Shown: positions 10,147-21,362, counted from the first letter of the stretch. The stretch is 64,000 bases of DNA from an uncultured cyanobacterium (GCA_963718615.1 OY970368.1:3104001-3168000), one strand, 5' to 3'. A program made the numbers and translations. The notes: generated by a model from the letters alone, not told the origin.

Positions 10147-10502
10147 GCGGGCTCGTAGAGGTATTCAAACCAGTTACCATCGGGGTCACGACCATAAAAC
10201 GAAGCCGTGCCATCGCGGTGTTCGTGGACTGGGGTGAGTTTAATTTCGGTTTGGCTGAGGCGTTCAAAGGCTTCATCCACGGCGGCTCGGTTGTCAAACA
10301 CAAAGCCAAAATGGGGACCGGCCTGGGCATAGCCGGGTCCCAAAAGTGCGAGGCCATCTTTGCCTGCTTTGAGATAGGCCCAGTCTGTATCTTTCCAAGC
10401 GAGCTCCAGGCCTAAGTCTTGGTAAAACTGGGCAGCCCGTTCGATATTTTCTACTTTGATGGCGACGTGGCCGAGTCGTTTGACCTGCATTTTGACCTGC
10501 AT
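10143..10502 (-). CDS. VOC/glyoxalase family protein
   Basis: LGHVAIKV...HFGF...FYGRDPDGNWFE. Confidence 0.9.
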   Translation of the reverse strand: MQVKMQVKRLGHVAIKVENIERAAQFYQDLGLELAWKDTDWAYLKAGKDGLALLGPGYAQAGPHFGFVFDNRAAVDEAFERLSQTEIKLTPVHEHRDGTASFYGRDPDGNWFEYLYEPA

Positions 10503-10617
10503 GATGTCGAAGCGTTATGGGCTGAGTATTGTGTGCTGAGTTGAGGATGAGGCTATGGGGTAGCCTTCTCTATTTTAGGGCTGCGGGTTTAGAGGTGCTG
10601 GTTTTGGGGCGCACAAT

Positions 10618-10635
10618 GTTAAGTTAGGTTACAGC
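10618..10635 (+). promoter_or_regulatory. Possible HLR1/RpaB-type direct repeat upstream of the pentapeptide gene
   Basis: GTTAAGTT-ag-GTTACAGC resembles (G/T)TTACA(T/A)(T/A)-n2 repeats; imperfect. Confidence 0.25.
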
Positions 10636-10672
10636 TATTCATTTTACTGCCGTTTTACCAAAAATCTTTGCC

Positions 10673-11206
10673 ATGGGTATTTCTCGGTTGTGGTCCGGTC
10701 GGGTTTTGTGGAGTCGGTTGGGAACTGTGGCGATCGCCAGTCTCTTGGCCATTGTCTTGCTCTTGCCAGGGAGCGCTTGGGCCGCTAGCTCTAGTACGCT
10801 CAAGTCTTCTCGCATTGAGGATGGGCAAACGGATTTTGCGGGTCAAAATTTGATTCAGGTCGAGTTTGTCAATTTGAAGCTTCAGGGGGCAGATTTTAGC
10901 AATGCGGATCTGCGGGGCGCTGTGTTCAATGGCTCCAATGTGCGGGAGGCCAATTTTCACGGGGCTGATTTTACCGATGGTATTTCCTATTCCACCAGTT
11001 TTAGAAATGCGGATTTGTCCGACGCGGTGCTGAACTCGGCGCTGTTGCTACAATCCTATTTTGATGGGGCCAATGTCACGAATACGGACTTTTCATTTGC
11101 GGTGATTGATGGGGTTCAGCTATCGATTTTGTGTAAGACGGCGAGCGGTGTGAATCCTAAAACTGGCGTTGATACGCGCGAATCTCTGGGCTGTTCGAAT
11201 AGCTGA
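10673..11206 (+). CDS. Pentapeptide repeat protein (exported or lumenal)
   Basis: Signal ending AWA; A(D/N)(L/F)xx repeats; C-terminal [20 protein letters not shown]. Confidence 0.9.
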   Translation: MGISRLWSGRVLWSRLGTVAIASLLAIVLLLPGSAWAASSSTLKSSRIEDGQTDFAGQNLIQVEFVNLKLQGADFSNADLRGAVFNGSNVREANFHGADFTDGISYSTSFRNADLSDAVLNSALLLQSYFDGANVTNTDFSFAVIDGVQLSILCKTASGVNPKTGVDTRESLGCSNS

Positions 11207-11388
11207 ACTGCGACTGAGCTAATCCTGATCTAGCCCTGAGCTACTATGGTGCTTTCACGTCATGCTTTAATGTTGTGCTTTCTTCATCCCAGCGCAGTGG
11301 CTACGATGAATTTATCGCCTATCTCAAAGCGCAGAGAATTTGGGATAGCGCGATTCTGATTCGCCAAGTTTTGCAGCGGTCGGTCCCC

Positions 11389-12222
11389 ATGACACTCTCG
11401 GAAAAACTGGCTCAAATCGATCGCCTCAAGGGCTGGCTCGATGCCTTTCGCCCACTCCCTGCGTCGGTCGTAGCGGAGTTGAAAGCCCTGTATGATGTGC
11501 GGTTTACGTACACCTCTAATGCGATCGAGGGAAACACGTTAACCCAAAGTGAGACTCAGCTTGTGTTGGAGCGGGGGATTACGGTGGGTGGGAAGAGTCT
11601 GACGGAGCATTTGGAGGTGGTTGGCCATAAGGAGGCGATCGACTATATCGAAGCCTTGGCACGGCAGGAGACAGCGATTGGAGAATGGGAGATTCGGCAA
11701 ATCCATAGTTTGATTCTGCGCAAGATTGCCCCAGAGGAAGCGGGCTGCTATCGACAGCTTGATGTCAGAGCAGCAGGAACGGAATATGTGTATCCGCCCC
11801 ATTATGCTGTGTCTGAGTTGATGGCGGAGTTTGTGGAATGGTTAGGGTCTGAAATGGTTCGGACGATGCATCCGGTTTGGCGCGCGACGGTGGCCCATGT
11901 AAAGTTTGTGTCGATTCATCCATTTCGGGAGGGTAATGGGCGAACAGGCCGGTTATTCATGAATTTGTTGCTGTTGCGATCGGGGTATCCGATTGTGGTG
12001 ATTAGCAATCGGGTTCGGCAGGCTTATATTGAGGCGTTGGTGGCAGCGCAGCAGGCTTCTGATTTGGAGCCGATGCTGGAGTTGGTTGCTAATGCGATGG
12101 AGGATGCGTTGATTGACCTGTTGCGGGGGGTGGCGACGGCGGGGGAGAGTCGCGGGAGGGGGTTGAGGTTTTATCGGGAGATGATGGAGATTTTGGATCA
12201 GGGGATGGGTTCGAATCCCTAG
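11389..12222 (+). CDS. Fic family protein (class II, N-terminal inhibitory helix)
   Basis: HPFREGNGRTGR Fic motif; SNAIEGN autoinhibitory motif; likely start ATG 11389. Confidence 0.92.
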   Translation: MTLSEKLAQIDRLKGWLDAFRPLPASVVAELKALYDVRFTYTSNAIEGNTLTQSETQLVLERGITVGGKSLTEHLEVVGHKEAIDYIEALARQETAIGEWEIRQIHSLILRKIAPEEAGCYRQLDVRAAGTEYVYPPHYAVSELMAEFVEWLGSEMVRTMHPVWRATVAHVKFVSIHPFREGNGRTGRLFMNLLLLRSGYPIVVISNRVRQAYIEALVAAQQASDLEPMLELVANAMEDALIDLLRGVATAGESRGRGLRFYREMMEILDQGMGSNP

Positions 12223-15200
12223 GATGTGATGAGGGCTTGGACTTCGTTGGCTTTTTCGGTGAGGTCTAGGTGTTGATAAAGGGCTAGGCTTTGGCTCAGG
12301 TATTGGCGGGCGGTTTGGGGGGCGTTGGGGTCGGTTTGGTTGGGATGTTGATAGATTTCGCCGAGGAGTTTGAGGGCGTCGGCTTGGTGTTTTTGGCGGT
12401 TGTAGGTTTGGAAGGTTTGGAGGGATTTTTGGGTGAGGGTGGTGGCTTGTGGGAGGTCTAGGAGGGCGGGGGTTTCGAGGTGGGCTCGGGCGATATCGAG
12501 GGTTTCTTCGGCGGCGATGAGGGTTTGGTTGAGGCTGGAGAAGAGGTTTAGGGCTTGGGTATAGCTGGTTTTGAATTGGCTGATGAGGGTTGGTGGGTTG
12601 GGGTCGTTGGGGGGGCGGTGGCGGAGTTGTTCGGCTTGGAGGAGGCTGAGGACGATGTGGTCGTAGGCGAGGTTTTCGGTGTATTGTTTTTGGGTGTTGA
12701 TTTGGAGGGCTTGTTGGAGGTTTTGTTGGGCTTGGGTGAGTTGGATGAGGGCGGTGTTTGGGTCGGGGGTTTGGTGGGCTTGTTGGCGTTGGGTGTTGGC
12801 GAGGCGTCTGAGTTGGCGGGCGAGGTTTTCTGAGTGGTCGAGTTTTTTATAGATGTCGTAACTTTGTTGATGATACTGGGCTGCTGTATCGTATTGTTTT
12901 TGTGCGGAGTAGATACTCCCTTGCTGTCGATACGAATCGGCAATGTCTAGCTTCTCGTCTAGCTTTTGACGAAGAGCCAAGTCTTGTTGTGCTGCTTCCA
13001 AAGCTTGCTCATACTTACCCCAGTCTCGATAGCTATCCGATATCCAATACCACTGGTTAGCAACCTTAGAATCTTTTCCTAACTGCTGATAGAGATCTCG
13101 GCTTTGGATGTATTGAGTGATCGCCTCTCCATACTTACTCCAGGCTTGATAGATTCTTCCCAATTGCCAATAAACAGCAGCAATTTCAGAAGAATCATCC
13201 AGCCGTTGACGAATCGCTAACTCCTGCTGCTGTGCTTCTAAGGCTTGCTCATACTTACCCCAATCTCGATAGCAAACTGATATCCGATACCACTGGTTAG
13301 CAACATCAGAATCTTTGCTTAACTGCTGATAAAGGTCTCGGCTTTGGATGTAGTGGCCGATCGCCTCTTCATACTTACTCCAGGCTTGATAGATTCTTCC
13401 CAATTGCCAATAAACAGCAGCAATTTCAGAAGAATCATCCAGCCGTTGACGAATCGCTAACTCCTGCTGCTGTGCTTCTAAGGCTTGCTCATACTTACCC
13501 CAATCTCGATAGCTATCCGATATCCAATACCACTGATTAGCAACATTAGAATCTTTGCCTAATTGCTGATAGAGATCTCGGCTTTGGATGTGGTGGGCGA
13601 TCGCCTCTTCATACTTGCTCCAGGATTGATAGATTCTTCCCAATCGCCAATAAGCAAGGGCAATTCCAGAGGAATCATCCAGCCGTTGACGAATCGCTAA
13701 ATCCTGCTGCTGTGCTTCTAAGGCTTGCTCATACTTACCCCAATCTCGATAGCTATCCGATATCCAATACCACTGATTAGCAACATTAGAATCTTTGCCT
13801 AATTGCTGATAGAGATCTCGGCTTTGGATGTGGTGGGCGATCGCCTCTTCATACTTACTCCAGGCTTGATAGATTCTTCCCAAGGCATAGTAAGCTCTAG
13901 CAACTCCAGAAGAATCATCTAGACTTTGATGAATCGCTAGATATCGCTGCATTGCTTCCAAAGCTTGCTCATACCTACCCCAGTCTCGATAGCTATCTGA
14001 TATCCAATACCACTGAGTAGCAACATTAGAATCTTTGCCTAACTGCTGATAGAGGTCTCGACTTTGGGTGTGGTGGGCGATCGCCTCTTCATACTTGCTC
14101 CACGCTTGGTAGATTCTTCCTAATCGCCAATAAGCAGTAGCAACCCCAGATGAATCATCCAGCCGCTGACGAATTGCTAACTCCTGCTGTGCTTCTAAGG
14201 CTTGCTCATACTTGCCCCAGTCTCGATAGCTATCCGATATCCAACCCCACATATTAGCAACATCAGAGTCTTTGCCTAACTGCTCATAGAGGTCTCGGCT
14301 TTGGATGTAGTGGCCGATCGCCTCTTCATACTTACTCCACTCTTGGTAGATTCTTCCCAATCGCAAATAAGCAAGGGCAACTCCAGAAGGAATCATCCAG
14401 CCGTTGACGAATCGCTGAATCCTGCTGCTCTGCTTCCAATGCTTGCTCATACTTACCCCAGTCTCGATAGCTATCCGATATCCAACCCCACATATTAGCA
14501 ACATCAGAGTCTTTGCCTAACTGCTCATAGAGGTCTCGGCTTTGAGTGTGGTGGGCGATCGCCTCTTCATACTTGCTCCAGGCTTGATAGATTTTTCCCA
14601 AGGCATAGTAAGCTCCAGCAACCCCAGAAGAATTATCTAGACTTTGACGAATCGCTAAACATTGCTGCCTTGTTTCCACAGCCTGCTCATACTTACCCCA
14701 ATCTCGATAGCAATCTGATATCCAAGCCCACTGATTCGCAACATTAGAATCTTTGCCTAATTGCTGATAGAGGTCTCGACTTTGGGTGTGGTGGGCGATC
14801 GCTTCTTCATACTTGCTCCACTCTTGGTAGATTCTTCCCAATCGCCAATAAGCAGTAGCAATTCCAGAAGGAATCATCCAGCCGTTGACGAATTGCTAAT
14901 TCTTGCTGCTGTGCATCCAATGCTTGCTCATACTTACCCCAGTCTCGATAGCAATCTGATATCCAATACCACTGATTAGCAACATTAGAATCTTTGCCTA
15001 ATTGCTGATAGAGGTCTCGACTTTGGGTGTGGTGGGCGATCGCCTCTTCATACTTGCTCCAGGCTTGATAGATTTGTCCAATTTGTCGATAAACACTAGC
15101 AATTTCAGAAGAATCATCCAGCCGTTGACGAATTGCTAACTCCTGCTGCTGTGCATCCAATGCTTGCTCATACTTACCCCAGTCTCGATAGCTATCCGAT

Positions 15201-18200
15201 ATCAAACACCACAGGTTAGCAACATTAGAATCTTTGCCTAATTGCTGATAGAGGTCTCGACTTTGGGTGTGGTAAGCGATTGCCTCTTCATACTTACTCC
15301 AGGCTTGATAGATTCTTCCCAATCGCCAATAAGCAGTAGCAATTCCAGAAGGAGTCTTCCAGCCGTTGACGAATTGCTAACTCCTGCTGCTGTGCATCCA
15401 ATGCTTGCTCATACTTACCCCAGTCTCGATAGCTATCCGATATCAAACACCACAGGTTAGCAACATTAGAATCTTTGCCTAATTGCTGATAGAGGTCTCG
15501 ACTTTGGGTGTGGTAAGCGATTGCCTCTTCATACTTACTCCAGGCTTGATAGATTCTTCCCAATCGCCAATAAGCAGTAGCAATTCCAGAAGGAGTCTTC
15601 CAGCCGTTGACGAATTGCTAACTCCTGCTGTTCTGCTTCCAAAGCTTGCTCATACTTGCCCCAGTCTCGATAACTATCCGATATCCAATACCAGAGATCT
15701 GCAACATTAGAGTCTTTGCCTAACTGCTGATAGAGGTCTCGACTTTGGGTGTAGTGGGCGATCGCCTCTTCATACTTATTCCAGGCTTGATAGATGCTTC
15801 CCAATTGCCAATAAGCAGTAGCAATTCCAGAGGAGTCTTCCAGCCGTTGACGAATTGCTAAATCCTGCTGTTCTGCTTCCAAAGCTTGCTCATACTTACC
15901 CCAATCTCGATAGCAAGCTGATATCCAACCCCATAGATTAGCAACATCAGAATCTTTGCCTAACTGCTGATAGAGGTCTCGACTTTGGGTGTGGTGGGCG
16001 ATCGCTTCTTCATACTTGCTCCAGGCTTGATAGATTTGTCCAATTTGTCGATAAACACTAGCAATTTCAGAAGAATCATCCAGCCGTTGACGAATTGCTA
16101 ATTCTTGCTGCTGTGCATCCAATGCTTGCTCATACTTACCCCAGTCTCGATAGCTATCTGATATCCAATACCACTGGTTAGCAACATTAGAATCTTTGCC
16201 TAATTGCTGGTAGAGGTCTCGACTTTGGGTGTAGTGGGTGACTGCCTCTTCATACTTACTCCAGGCTTGATAGCTTCGGGCAAGGTGCCAAAAGAGATAA
16301 GCCTCAGCCTTAAGGTTCTGAGCTTGTTGAGCAATAGCAATAGCCTGCTGAAAGCACTGTAGGGATTCTGCGTATCTACCATGAGATCTGTAACAAACAC
16401 CCCGATATCTCCATAAAATTAACTGCTCAGCAGAATCCGAATCAACATTCAATTTATCCGAACATTGCTGATAATATTGCAAGCCTTGATCATAATCATC
16501 TTTCTTCTCATAGGCAATCGCAATTGCCCACTCTACAAATCCACCAAAATAGCAATTATCCTCATCCACCAGCAATTCCAACCGCTCCAGCGCCCGATCA
16601 TAATGATCTGCCCTCAAATACGATAGGGAGGCTACAAACACCAAGCATCGACGATCATCAGAATCAAAATACCCTAAATCTAATGCTCGCTCCAGCACCG
16701 GGCTCATCTCCGCACCCAATTCTGCCATCAAGTCTCGTATATCACCAAACAATGAAGGCGTAAGGTGCTGCATAACCTCCACAACTCGTTCTGCCAACAA
16801 TTCTTCCGAATTACCACAAGCCACATACAACATCGCTACCCAAGCTCGGTTCCGCTGCTCAGTCGAAAGCTGTCGGTTCTCCACCGCCTGCTGCAATCGC
16901 CCCCAAACCTGATGATTAAAAGCTTCAATCCCCCGCAATCGCTGCAAGAGTTGCTTAACGGGCTCTTTACTAAATCCCTCATCTAACCCCAAATAAGTCA
17001 ACACCAACCTGTCAACCTGCCTAGCACAAAACGTTGACAACACCCGCACTTCAGCCAATATCTGTCCCACAAACAGCAAATCTTGCCACAGCCCCTCCGA
17101 CTCCCGTATCGCACTTTCTGATTGCGAATACCACAATAGAATCGGATTATCGCTCCCAGAATTCTGAAGGCGAATCTCTTGCCCTAAAATATTCGGCTGA
17201 TACTCTGATAAATTACGAAATAACTGCTCCAAAAGGCGATTGGTTCGTTTCTGGTCAGCACTTAAATACCCGAGCGCCAACAAAATCGGCTCATTCCACC
17301 GGGCCTGATTGCGATAGGGACCAATAATCTCCAAAATTTCACTAATCTCATTATCCGCAATCTGCCGAGCCGCAAAATACTCCTCAAACGTCAGATGCAT
17401 AAACCCATACATCTCCGGAGCCCGCTCCACAAATAGCCCCGTCGTCTCCCGCACCTTCCGCAAAAACTGCCGCACTAACTCCAGCGCAGCCTGCTCATCC
17501 ACCCCCTGCAATTCCATCATGTGCGGCGTCAGCCATCGCTCAACCTCCCCCTGGGCCACAATCCCCGAAGGCTTCTCCTCATGCATCCGCAGCGCCAGCG
17601 GAGCCAAAAGCGCCGTTACCTCTTCCTCCACCAACATCAACTGCCGATGTCTAGCCTGATAAGGAATATTGCGGCCAAGCTGCCAATCCTCAATCAACGT
17701 CTTTGCCGCCAATTGATAGAGCTCCACCCGACGCTGGGGCAACCGCGTACCATTGCGATGGATCAGCGCCAAAATCGTCAAAAGCAAAGGATTCGCTGCA
17801 AATCGCCTCACCCCTTGATTGCTCGAAATTTCCTGCACAATCTCTTGGGCTTCCCGATCCGCATCCCGCTGTTGTCGCTCCGCCTCAACCTCTGGCCGCT
17901 GCGCGATTTCGACCGCCAAACACCAACGCCTCAGGAATTGCTCAATCTGTTCATCCCCCATGGGCGTAATCGTAAATTCTCGAAACCGGCTTCCCAACGC
18001 AGCCTGCTTGTACCCCGCAATCCGACTTGTAACCACAAACTTGTTATTACGATACTCATCAACCAATCGATTAATGTGTTGAACAACCTGCACCCGATTG
18101 TCTTGATCAAACACCTCATCCAATCCATCCAGCAAAACCAAACAATCCCCTGTCGCCATTCGGTTCAGCAGCAGATTCGCCACAGAATCCCCATCCGTAG

Positions 18201-19347
18201 CCTCAAAACGGTGCTCCCACTGGCGATAAAATTGCTGGAGATAATCTACCAGGCTCAACTCTGGCGTATCAGTCAACCGTTCCGCATAGTCCGCAATCCG
18301 AAACAGAATGGGCAACCGCATATCTCCCAGTTCTTCTTCTTTCCCCCCTACCACGGTGGAGAGACGATCCCGCTGAGCCAAGGCAAAATGCCTTGCTAAG
18401 TAGCGCAGCAACGTCGTTTTCCCAGCCCCCGGATCACCCAAAATCACGCAATAGGTGTGCTTACGCACCGCCTCCGCCAGATCCACCACCTTCGTCACTC
18501 GCTGTTGCCGAGTATCAGACTCAACAGGACGCTCAAGCGTTATTTCCTGTTTCAATGCTCCAACGAGCTTAAGCGGTGATTTTCTACCTGGCTCTAAACT
18601 CTCTTCCCATTCACTTGCCCCTGAACCCACAGCCCCATTTATCGGGCTCAGATTCACGGGCGACTCTACTGCAACAATCTGTTCTTTGAAAGACTGGCTT
18701 CGCTTTTCCTCCCAGGAGCCCTGTAGTGATACATAAATTTGATCTAGGGAAATATCAACCTGCCGATTGACCTGCATGACCCCACTGACCCTCAGCCGTG
18801 AGTTTTCTGAGATTAGCCATTCCAAATAGGGATATAGCAACGGATCAAGCTGAGGACGTGTCGTAAAGATCGCGACTTTGCCCCGCCAATCCCAAAAGTC
18901 TGCAGCCCGTCGCCGAAACTCCTCTAAAAAAGACTCTCGATTCAGCCAAAAGACCAAAATCAAACCCTGCTCAAAAATTCGCTCTCTCCCCAAATTGAGC
19001 TGTTCCATTTCCTGCCGAAGCAAATCAGGCCGGAGCTGCTCTAAGCCAAAGGCCATCACAATTCGGCGTGTCGGGTTAGTCTTTGCTGAATCGGCTGGCA
19101 ATTGATGTAGAAAGTTAAATAATGAATCCTCGCTGTAATGAAACGTCAAAAAATGAAATTCATTTTCTAACTGCTGGATCTCTATCTTAAACGCCTGGGA
19201 AACAGGATGATCTGGAGCACTATCCGGTGTAATTGCAAACAGCGTCAAGCTCCGCTCGCTCATGGCTACAGCATTGACTAATTTAGCCAACTCGTCCCGT
19301 TCTTCGGCATCAAGAAGATGTAGATGATTTTCCGATTGAGTCATCAT
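12219..19347 (-). CDS. NACHT-TPR (NLR-like STAND) protein, ~2374 aa if four +1 frameshifts are removed; split into 5 ORFs as given
   Basis: ILGDPGAGKTT Walker A, LLDGLDEV Walker B, NPLLLT, GFMHLTFEEYFAA; 28 near-identical TPR motifs; 7129 nt minus 4 extra bases = 7125 nt, in frame. Confidence 0.88.
12960..16272 (-). repeat. Tandem array of 14 x ~240-bp units, each encoding two TPR motifs (80 aa)
   Basis: Unit YQAWSKYEEAIAHHTQSRDLYQQLGKDSNVAxxWxxISxxYRDWGKYEQALEAQQQELAIRQRLDDSS recurs every 237-241 bp. Confidence 0.97.
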
Positions 19348-20639
19348 CAGTTCTCCCCATTCATAGAGCGCCAGCGTTCCAAATCGATAGCCAAAATTGG
19401 ATTAATATCAAACCATCGGCCTTGCTCAGGATCCTGATACCCCAAGACTAACTTATTGTGCAGAAGTTCATCGCAGATCACAACCTTGCCATATTTAGGG
19501 GAATCAAAGGAATTCGTGGTCAATTGCCCTGTTTTTTTGACCGTATTCAGCTCCGGAAACTGATAATCTTCAACCGTATAGCCTTGCCGCTCCTCTCGTA
19601 CAGCATCTTGGGCTAGGGCGAGGCTGATTTCGCTACTTTTTTTACGTAGGGCCACTTCTCCAGAGGTTCGTGCCAGACGGACCAGATCGCGCATTACCCC
19701 CCCACTTGTCTCACAAAGCAGATTCAAGGCATCAGGATGGAACAGGTTTCTGAAGGTCGGCTCCAGCGTTCCCAACCTCTTCTGAATCACCGTTGTTAGA
19801 ATATGTCGTCCAACTCGATCTGACTCATGGGTTGGTCGTGCGTGATCATCACATTTAAAAACCGGGATATTAGATAAGTCTAGGCATTTATCAAAGCTCT
19901 GCATTGGCTGCCTAAATGCCGAGGAATAACGTAATGAGATCGGAATTGCATAAACGATATGACAGTTTAGATCAGTCATCAAAGAACTAGAGAACATCTC
20001 TAGTGCAATCCCAAAATCTTTTCTATCCAAACCATCTACAATCACCAAGAGCTTTGGCTTATTCTGCTCTGCCACCGCAATGATTTCGTTAACCTTCGCA
20101 ACAATTTCACCTATTGCTGGACGAACTTCACGAGTCGCTGTTGTTTCTCGTTGAAACCCAACCTTTAACAGCAGTCCTAAGTCTTTAAAAAGCTTTGGCA
20201 ATTCTAGCTGTCCACCACCAGTAACTTTGTCTTGATAGGTGATACGCGCTAGACTCGTTAGTAATTCCTGCTCTAGCTTCCGAGGTAGCCTCCACCCAAG
20301 CTTTGTGAGCTGTTGGACAATTTGTAACCCAATCAGAACAACTACTTCCGCATAACCAATATTGTATTTGTCTAGAGCTGTGTCAGTGTCCACCCAGACA
20401 ACGGTGTAGTCTGAGACACATTTTTGTTCGAGTCGCCGTAGCTCTGTCGTTTTTCCACCTCCCCGATGACCCGCCAGCAGAAACTTTGCCGCTCCATCAT
20501 CCATTGCCAGAAGTTCTATGAGACTATCGACTGGACTATCCTCTCGACGTACATAAAAATCTCGTAACTCTCTGTCTATCAACGGTTCATCGGGCTTAAA
20601 GAGCTGATAGACAGGGGTCCAAAACTTAAGATCACTCAT
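19347..20639 (-). CDS. P-loop (AAA+/STAND-like) ATPase, translationally coupled to the NACHT-TPR gene
   Basis: LLAGHRGGGKTTEL Walker A, LLVIVDGLDR Walker B, SGGVMRDL; stop overlaps next start (TGATG). Confidence 0.88.
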   Translation of the reverse strand: MSDLKFWTPVYQLFKPDEPLIDRELRDFYVRREDSPVDSLIELLAMDDGAAKFLLAGHRGGGKTTELRRLEQKCVSDYTVVWVDTDTALDKYNIGYAEVVVLIGLQIVQQLTKLGWRLPRKLEQELLTSLARITYQDKVTGGGQLELPKLFKDLGLLLKVGFQRETTATREVRPAIGEIVAKVNEIIAVAEQNKPKLLVIVDGLDRKDFGIALEMFSSSLMTDLNCHIVYAIPISLRYSSAFRQPMQSFDKCLDLSNIPVFKCDDHARPTHESDRVGRHILTTVIQKRLGTLEPTFRNLFHPDALNLLCETSGGVMRDLVRLARTSGEVALRKKSSEISLALAQDAVREERQGYTVEDYQFPELNTVKKTGQLTTNSFDSPKYGKVVICDELLHNKLVLGYQDPEQGRWFDINPILAIDLERWRSMNGEN

Positions 20640-20786
20640 AGCGCCAAGACAAATCTGAGGATATTACGCAGCACTGATATTATGCGTGCTTTGGATGATG
20701 CAAGGTGAGACATGGATCACGTCCGAGACGTTACACTGTAGCCATGGCTCCTCCGCTATGGCTTTCCACCCCAGGAGACTCCATCC

Positions 20787-21362
20787 ATGGTCGTCACCAT
20801 CAACCTCCAGCCAACCCTTGAGTTAACCGACGTGCAGTTCGAACAGATCTGCCACCAAAATCGTGACCTAAAATTTGAGCGCACCGCCAAAGGAGGATTG
20901 GTCATTATGTCCTTAACAGGGGGCGAGACTGGCGAACGTAATGCTGAGATCAACGGCCAACTGTGGCTTTGGAATCGCCAAGCCCGTCTTGGTCACATCT
21001 ATGACTCCTCCACAGGCTTTCGGTTACCCAACGGAGCCATTCGCTCGCCCGATGCCGCCTGGATCAGCCAACCTCGCTGGGAAGCCCTCACCCCTCAACA
21101 ACGTCAACGCTGGGTGCCGCTTTGTCCTGATTTTGCCGTGGAATTGAAGTCCCCTTCCGATGACATTGAAGACTTGCGGATCAAGATGCGGGAATATCTC
21201 GAAAATGGCTTGCAATTGGGTTGGTTAATCGACCCAGAGAGCCAAATCGTAGAACTGTATCGAGCCGATCAAGCCGTTGAAATTTTGAGCCATCCAGAAA
21301 CCCTTTCCGCAGAAGAACTGATGCCGGGGTTTGTTTTAAGTTTGGTTGGAATTCTAGAGTGA
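20787..21362 (+). CDS. Uma2 family (PD-(D/E)xK-like) endonuclease
   Basis: FERTAKGGLVIM, DSSTGFRLPNGAIRSPDAAW, PLCPDFAVELKSPSD, LGWLIDP. Confidence 0.95.
   Translation: MVVTINLQPTLELTDVQFEQICHQNRDLKFERTAKGGLVIMSLTGGETGERNAEINGQLWLWNRQARLGHIYDSSTGFRLPNGAIRSPDAAWISQPRWEALTPQQRQRWVPLCPDFAVELKSPSDDIEDLRIKMREYLENGLQLGWLIDPESQIVELYRADQAVEILSHPETLSAEELMPGFVLSLVGILE

Noticed and set aside
14301-15710. Small ORFs in the array (89, 171, 181 aa on minus; 65-75 aa on plus) as separate genes
   Set aside because: Minus-strand ones are frameshift fragments of the single NACHT-TPR gene; plus-strand ones are antisense shadows
12960-16272. TPR array as a diversity-generating retroelement target or CRISPR array
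   Set aside because: No reverse transcriptase or cas genes in the window; units are coding 240-mers without unique spacers; differences do not look adenine-restricted
17521-18399. 292-aa plus-strand ORF
   Set aside because: Antisense to the NACHT domain; the open frame is explained by the C/A-rich strand lacking stop codons
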